Virus record (IMG/VR): IMGVR_UViG_3300045988_105378
Location: 1-59,584 of that record
DNA: 59,584 bases
Source of the DNA: a virus
Strand: one strand, 5' to 3'
Shown here: piece after piece, positions 56,285-59,584 of the stretch
How positions within the stretch are numbered: position 1 is the stretch's first letter
Layout of the letters: each line of letters opens with the position of its first letter
Notes under the pieces: generated by a model
The model's database searches: none
What the model saw: the letters and a program-made list of their open reading frames with translations, nothing else
Told to the model about the DNA's origin: nothing
Translations under genes and position numbers: made by a program

Positions 56285-56741
56285 GGATTTTGATAAGATA
56301 GAATTTTATGAAATAATGGATGATTACAGTGATTTTACAATTATTAGGAAGCAAGGAACTCAAGAATATTATGCTTGGGATAATAAATATTCAGTACTAA
56401 GTGGTAATTTACATATAATTAGTTTACCTGAGGATAGAGATAAGATGTATGAAATCTTAAAAAACTGTGAGGAATGGTATTATGGATTAGTATTTTTCTG
56501 GGCTGATAGTAAATTCGTTACAGAATATGGATTACCAAACTATGAAAAGTTAGTTGATATTTATAAGCAATTGATAAATATAAAAATAACAGAGTTTAAT
56601 GTTCAACAAACTTTGAAAGAGGTTTGGGAAAATGAGAATCTTATGGTTTATATTAAAACTAAATTATTAGCAAGAAAATTATTAAAAGCACAAAAACAAA
56701 CAGTTAAAAAGTTGGAAAAGGAGTTCAAGATAATATGGTAA
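56253..56741 (+). CDS. hypothetical protein (162 aa)
   Basis: ORF. Confidence 0.5.
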   Translation: MAKRIVAKFDKDFDKIEFYEIMDDYSDFTIIRKQGTQEYYAWDNKYSVLSGNLHIISLPEDRDKMYEILKNCEEWYYGLVFFWADSKFVTEYGLPNYEKLVDIYKQLINIKITEFNVQQTLKEVWENENLMVYIKTKLLARKLLKAQKQTVKKLEKEFKIIW

Positions 56742-57097
56742 AGTTAAGACAATATAAATTAGGTGACCAAATAAAAACAAGAGAAGGCGGTAGATGGAGA
56801 ACACCATTTACTGTTGAAGTTATTTATAAAGGATTTGTGGTGGCAGTAAATAGACAATCTAGAACTAACCCACAATTCTTATTTATTAAAACGTATGCTA
56901 ACGAAGTATATAATGGGTCAAGTAGATTTCTAAAATACGGAGTAGATAATAAAAGTAGTATTAAAGCATTTATTGATGGAGTTATTAAAGGTGAGTATAT
57001 TTTAGAAAAAGATACTTGTACCCCTATTCATATGATGTTAGCAGATAGTGAGTTTATTACAAATGAAAGGAGGGAGCAAGTTCATTATGAAGACTAA
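56735..57097 (+). CDS. hypothetical protein (120 aa)
   Basis: ORF. Confidence 0.5.
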   Translation: MVKLRQYKLGDQIKTREGGRWRTPFTVEVIYKGFVVAVNRQSRTNPQFLFIKTYANEVYNGSSRFLKYGVDNKSSIKAFIDGVIKGEYILEKDTCTPIHMMLADSEFITNERREQVHYED

Positions 57098-57707
57098 TAC
57101 AATTGAGGATATGTGGAAAGAATACTCAGAATTATTATTAAGTACTAAAAGACCTGGTATGAAACAATTAGTGGAATGGTTGAATAATTCAGATTTTAAA
57201 GTAGCACCAGCAAGTACAAGATACCATAATGCCAAAGAAGGTGGATTGATGGAACATAGTTTAAATGTTTACTATGAACTAATTAGACAGCAAGATTTAA
57301 TTAGATTATTCAGTATACCACAAGATACCTTAATCATTACAGCATTACTACATGATATATGCAAAGTAAACTATTATAAAATGGATGTGAGAAATGTTAA
57401 GAAGAATGGGGCTTGGGTACAAGAACCATATTATACAGTTGATGATATGTATCCAATAGGACACGGTGAGAAAAGTATTATAATAGCACAAGAGTTTATA
57501 AAACTAAATGATGTGGAAGTTGCAATGATTAGAAATCATATGGGTGGATTTGTGGATAATAGTTACTTTAGTTCTTCAGCATTATTCAATAAGTATCCAG
57601 AATCATTACTATTACATATGGCTGATATGAGGGCAACATATATAGTAGAATCACCAGGATTACTTGAGGAATTTAAAGAAAAGTTAGATGAATACTTAGT
57701 AAAATAG
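57087..57707 (+). CDS. HD-domain metal-dependent phosphohydrolase
   Basis: H..HN...GGLMEHSLNV and LLHDICK (H...HD signature). ATG 57087 after AAGGAGGGAG. Confidence 0.65.
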   Translation: MKTNTIEDMWKEYSELLLSTKRPGMKQLVEWLNNSDFKVAPASTRYHNAKEGGLMEHSLNVYYELIRQQDLIRLFSIPQDTLIITALLHDICKVNYYKMDVRNVKKNGAWVQEPYYTVDDMYPIGHGEKSIIIAQEFIKLNDVEVAMIRNHMGGFVDNSYFSSSALFNKYPESLLLHMADMRATYIVESPGLLEEFKEKLDEYLVK

Positions 57708-57728
57708 TAAAAACTTACCAATTCTTTA

Positions 57729-57776
57729 GGAAATTACCATTTTATGATTGATTTCTCTCATAAAGTATGCTATAAT
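57729..57776 (+). promoter_or_regulatory. early promoter P_B: conserved GGAAATTACCATTTT element, -35 TTGATT (57748..57753), 17-nt spacer, TGcTATAAT (57768..57776)
   Basis: About 85 percent identical to P_A (28350..28397) over 48 nt. Confidence 0.55.
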
Positions 57777-57805
57777 TAAAGAGTAATAAAGAAAGGAGTT
57801 ACATT

Positions 57806-58033
57806 ATGGAAAAAGATTTCAATCAATTAAAAGACCAAATAAGAACAGAGGTGCTAAGATATTTAGTTAAAGGTGGTACCGATTTAAGTAAAAGAAATGA
57901 AGTACAAGATGCTTTGGATAATTTCTATTCAGAAGTGATAGTAGATTATATGGAAAAGAATAATTTGGAACTTGGTTATGAATTTAAAATAACTGAAGAT
58001 AATGACATACAAGTAAATGTATGGGAATGGTAA
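57806..58033 (+). CDS. hypothetical protein (75 aa)
   Basis: First ORF downstream of P_B. RBS AAAGGAG. Confidence 0.5.
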   Translation: MEKDFNQLKDQIRTEVLRYLVKGGTDLSKRNEVQDALDNFYSEVIVDYMEKNNLELGYEFKITEDNDIQVNVWEW

Positions 58034-58059
58034 TTTAAGAAAAGGAAAGGTTTTATATT

Positions 58060-58362
58060 ATGAAAAGAAGAAGATTAAAAAAGTGGGTTAAGGTTTTATT
58101 AGTTATTATAGGGGTTATAGTTTTGGTTAGTATAATTAGTCTTAGAATTATAAGTATTCAAAAACAAAATAAAGAATATGAAAAGGAAATGGTACAAACA
58201 TACGTAACCTGCTTAGAAAATAACTGGACTCAAAGAGATTATTGTGCCAGACAACAGGATTCAAACTATCATTATATGGATTTACTAATTGAAAAATATG
58301 GTTATTCATATAAACAAGTTGGTTATGATTTATATGTTGTGAGGGAAGGTAATGAAAAATAA
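58060..58362 (+). CDS. hypothetical membrane-anchored protein (100 aa)
   Basis: N-terminal transmembrane segment VLLVIIGVIVLVSIISLRII. Confidence 0.5.
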   Translation: MKRRRLKKWVKVLLVIIGVIVLVSIISLRIISIQKQNKEYEKEMVQTYVTCLENNWTQRDYCARQQDSNYHYMDLLIEKYGYSYKQVGYDLYVVREGNEK

Positions 58363-58666
58363 AAAGAAAGAAAGACCTTTGATAGAGGAATCCAATAGTA
58401 TTTGGAGTGCCTTCTATTGGAGGAAGAAATATAATACAGTTGCTAGTGAGTTAGAAGTATTAAAACAAGTGATGGCGAGTGATGTATATGCCAAAGTAAT
58501 TAAAAATATGGATGACCCATTAGAAAACAAAAGATTAAAACTAACTGTAGAAAGATTAAATAACAAAGTTAGTTTCCTTCAAGAGGAGAGAAATAAATTA
58601 TATGATGAGGTTAAAGCTCTTAAGAAGAAAGGTGGAACAATTAAAGATGGCAAAGAAGAAGGATGA
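58352..58666 (+). CDS. hypothetical coiled-coil protein (104 aa)
   Basis: ORF. Confidence 0.45.
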   Translation: MKNKKKERPLIEESNSIWSAFYWRKKYNTVASELEVLKQVMASDVYAKVIKNMDDPLENKRLKLTVERLNNKVSFLQEERNKLYDEVKALKKKGGTIKDGKEEG

Positions 58667-59117
58667 ATTATTGGATAGGTTAATTAGTTCCATAGCTTCA
58701 GTTACTGATGCTGAATCAGATATATATGATTATTGTTCCAAGTTGGAAGAGGTTCAGCAAAAGATTAGGGATATAGAACATTATTTAGAAGACCATTGTA
58801 TTAGTAGAAATGGTGCTATAAACTTAATAAATCTATTACAAGAATTAAGAATAGAACGTAGACAAATCAAACAGATGTGGGAGTTGTGGAACATATATGG
58901 TACCGGAAGGGAAAAATTAAAGCAAAAAGATTATAGAGAATTCCTGGTAGTAGAATTACGTAAGAAAGATAAGGAATTACAAACTAAATATAATTATAGA
59001 CAATTTGAGGAATCTTATTTAGATGAATTAAATGAAGATAAACCGTTACCAAAAGGACGTAAACCGAAAAATATTTCGTATAATAATATAGAGGAGGAGG
59101 AGAAGATAGATGAATAA
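58647..59117 (+). CDS. hypothetical protein (156 aa)
   Basis: ATG 58647 after AAGGTGG. The track ORF starts at 58602. Confidence 0.45.
   Translation: MAKKKDELLDRLISSIASVTDAESDIYDYCSKLEEVQQKIRDIEHYLEDHCISRNGAINLINLLQELRIERRQIKQMWELWNIYGTGREKLKQKDYREFLVVELRKKDKELQTKYNYRQFEESYLDELNEDKPLPKGRKPKNISYNNIEEEEKIDE
59079..59084 (+). promoter_or_regulatory. tcgTATAAT-type promoter (family member 7) embedded in codons ..I S Y N N.. of the preceding gene
   Basis: AAAAATATTTCGTATAATAATATAGAGGAGGAGG. Confidence 0.3.
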
Positions 59118-59331
59118 GAATTCAGAGGCAAGAGAACAAAAACCAAAGCGCTACGAAAGATTACAAGGTAAGGAATGGGATTTAGTTAAGGATAACTTTA
59201 GATTACTATATACTTACAAGAGTGATAAGGGTAACATTAAAGGTATTTACACTAATGGAGTGGAAAAAGTAAGTCATTGGTTGAATGAGGATGAAAAAGC
59301 CGAATATTTAAGAAATAAGGAGGAAAGATAA
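59110..59331 (+). CDS. hypothetical protein (73 aa)
   Basis: ORF with RBS GAGGAGGAGGAG. Confidence 0.5.
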   Translation: MNKNSEAREQKPKRYERLQGKEWDLVKDNFRLLYTYKSDKGNIKGIYTNGVEKVSHWLNEDEKAEYLRNKEER

Positions 59332-59332
59332 A

Positions 59333-59584
59333 ATGTTTGGAATAAGTCATATTACCGTAAGTGGTAAAAACAAAAGTAAAGAAGAAATTAAAAAGGAAAT
59401 ACTAGAACAAGTTGATAAGCAAGTTGAGGAAATGTTCAATGCTAACAAAAAGAAAGAAGAGGCTAAAAAAGAACCAGAAGTAAAAGAAAACCAGCATTTA
59501 CATATAATGATGGATGAAGTGGATAATAAAAATGGTTTTAATTGCGAAGTTGATACAAATGGTAAATTAAATGATTTGATGTTA
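59333..59584 (+). CDS. hypothetical protein, 5' part; continues through the circular junction into 56..187
   Basis: ATG 59333 after GGAGGAAAGATAAA. Open to the window end. Confidence 0.5.
   Translation, partial: MFGISHITVSGKNKSKEEIKKEILEQVDKQVEEMFNANKKKEEAKKEPEVKENQHLHIMMDEVDNKNGFNCEVDTNGKLNDLML
59530..59584. repeat. 55-nt exact duplicate of window positions 1..55 (circular-closure overlap or direct terminal repeat)
   Basis: Identical string AAATGGTTTTAATTGCGAAGTTGATACAAATGGTAAATTAAATGATTTGATGTTA at both ends. Confidence 0.9.

Noticed and set aside
95-57235. All 30 minus-strand ORFs in the track (for example 95..349, 3216..3410, 12703..12957, 20719..21018, 31342..31665, 36161..36532, 41257..41583, 52401..52712, 55400..55663)
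   Set aside because: Each lies entirely inside a well-supported + strand gene. They have no RBS, and their composition is typical of AT-rich antisense frames. The genome appears to be transcribed from one strand.
1-59584. Integrase, excisionase or CI-like repressor (temperate lifestyle); CRISPR array; tandem satellite repeats
   Set aside because: No protein with tyrosine or serine recombinase motifs was found. There is no repeat-spacer periodicity. The only small HTH-like protein (32186..32446) is not flanked by divergent promoters.

Overview
This window is a complete, circularly closed genome of a low-GC tailed phage. Positions 59530..59584 repeat positions 1..55, so the unique length is about 59.53 kb. 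The host is most likely a Firmicutes bacterium, judging by AGGAGG-type ribosome-binding sites and AT-rich codon usage. All credible genes, about 95, lie on the + strand. Every minus-strand ORF in the track is embedded in a + strand gene and looks spurious. No integrase, excisionase or CI-like repressor is visible, so the phage is probably strictly virulent.

Modules in order:
- Structural module (1741..26220): terminase large subunit, five small ORFs, portal, Mu-F/SPP1-gp7-like minor head protein, scaffold, major capsid, connector proteins, contractile-tail genes (sheath, tube), tail assembly chaperone with a -1 programmed frameshift, 814-aa tape measure, LysM/XkdP-like, XkdQ-like, three tandem tail-collar-domain paralogs, baseplate W/J/I-like proteins, tail fibre, FN3-repeat fibre.
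- Lysis module (26243..28260): membrane protein, holin, 46-aa acidic ORF, GH25 + CW_7 + LysM endolysin.
- Early/replication region (28426..59584, wrapping to 763): many small ORFs, SNF2 helicase, an initiator gene with internal iterons, two sigma-70-like factors, DnaC-like loader, DnaB-like helicase, DnaG-like primase, family-A DNA polymerase, a 7-deazaguanine DNA-modification cluster, beta clamp, Cas4-like nuclease, Hjc-like resolvase, RecA-like recombinase, clamp-loader subunits, a terminase-small-subunit candidate displaced from terL, and an HD hydrolase.

Most notable:
- The deazaguanine cluster: DpdA-like transglycosylase, FolE, QueD, QueE, QueC, a YhhQ-type transporter and a GuaD-like deaminase.
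- Three proteins that share an identical C-terminal RRLF tail.
- Two promoter families: sigma-A-consensus promoters with a shared upstream element at 28350..28397 and 57729..57776, and seven tcgTATAAT promoters lacking a -35, several embedded in the 3' ends of coding genes.
- A roughly 1-kb structured non-coding region (764..1740) upstream of terL with T-loop-like motifs and a strong terminator.

Coordinates of hand-placed motifs may be off by 1-2 nt.
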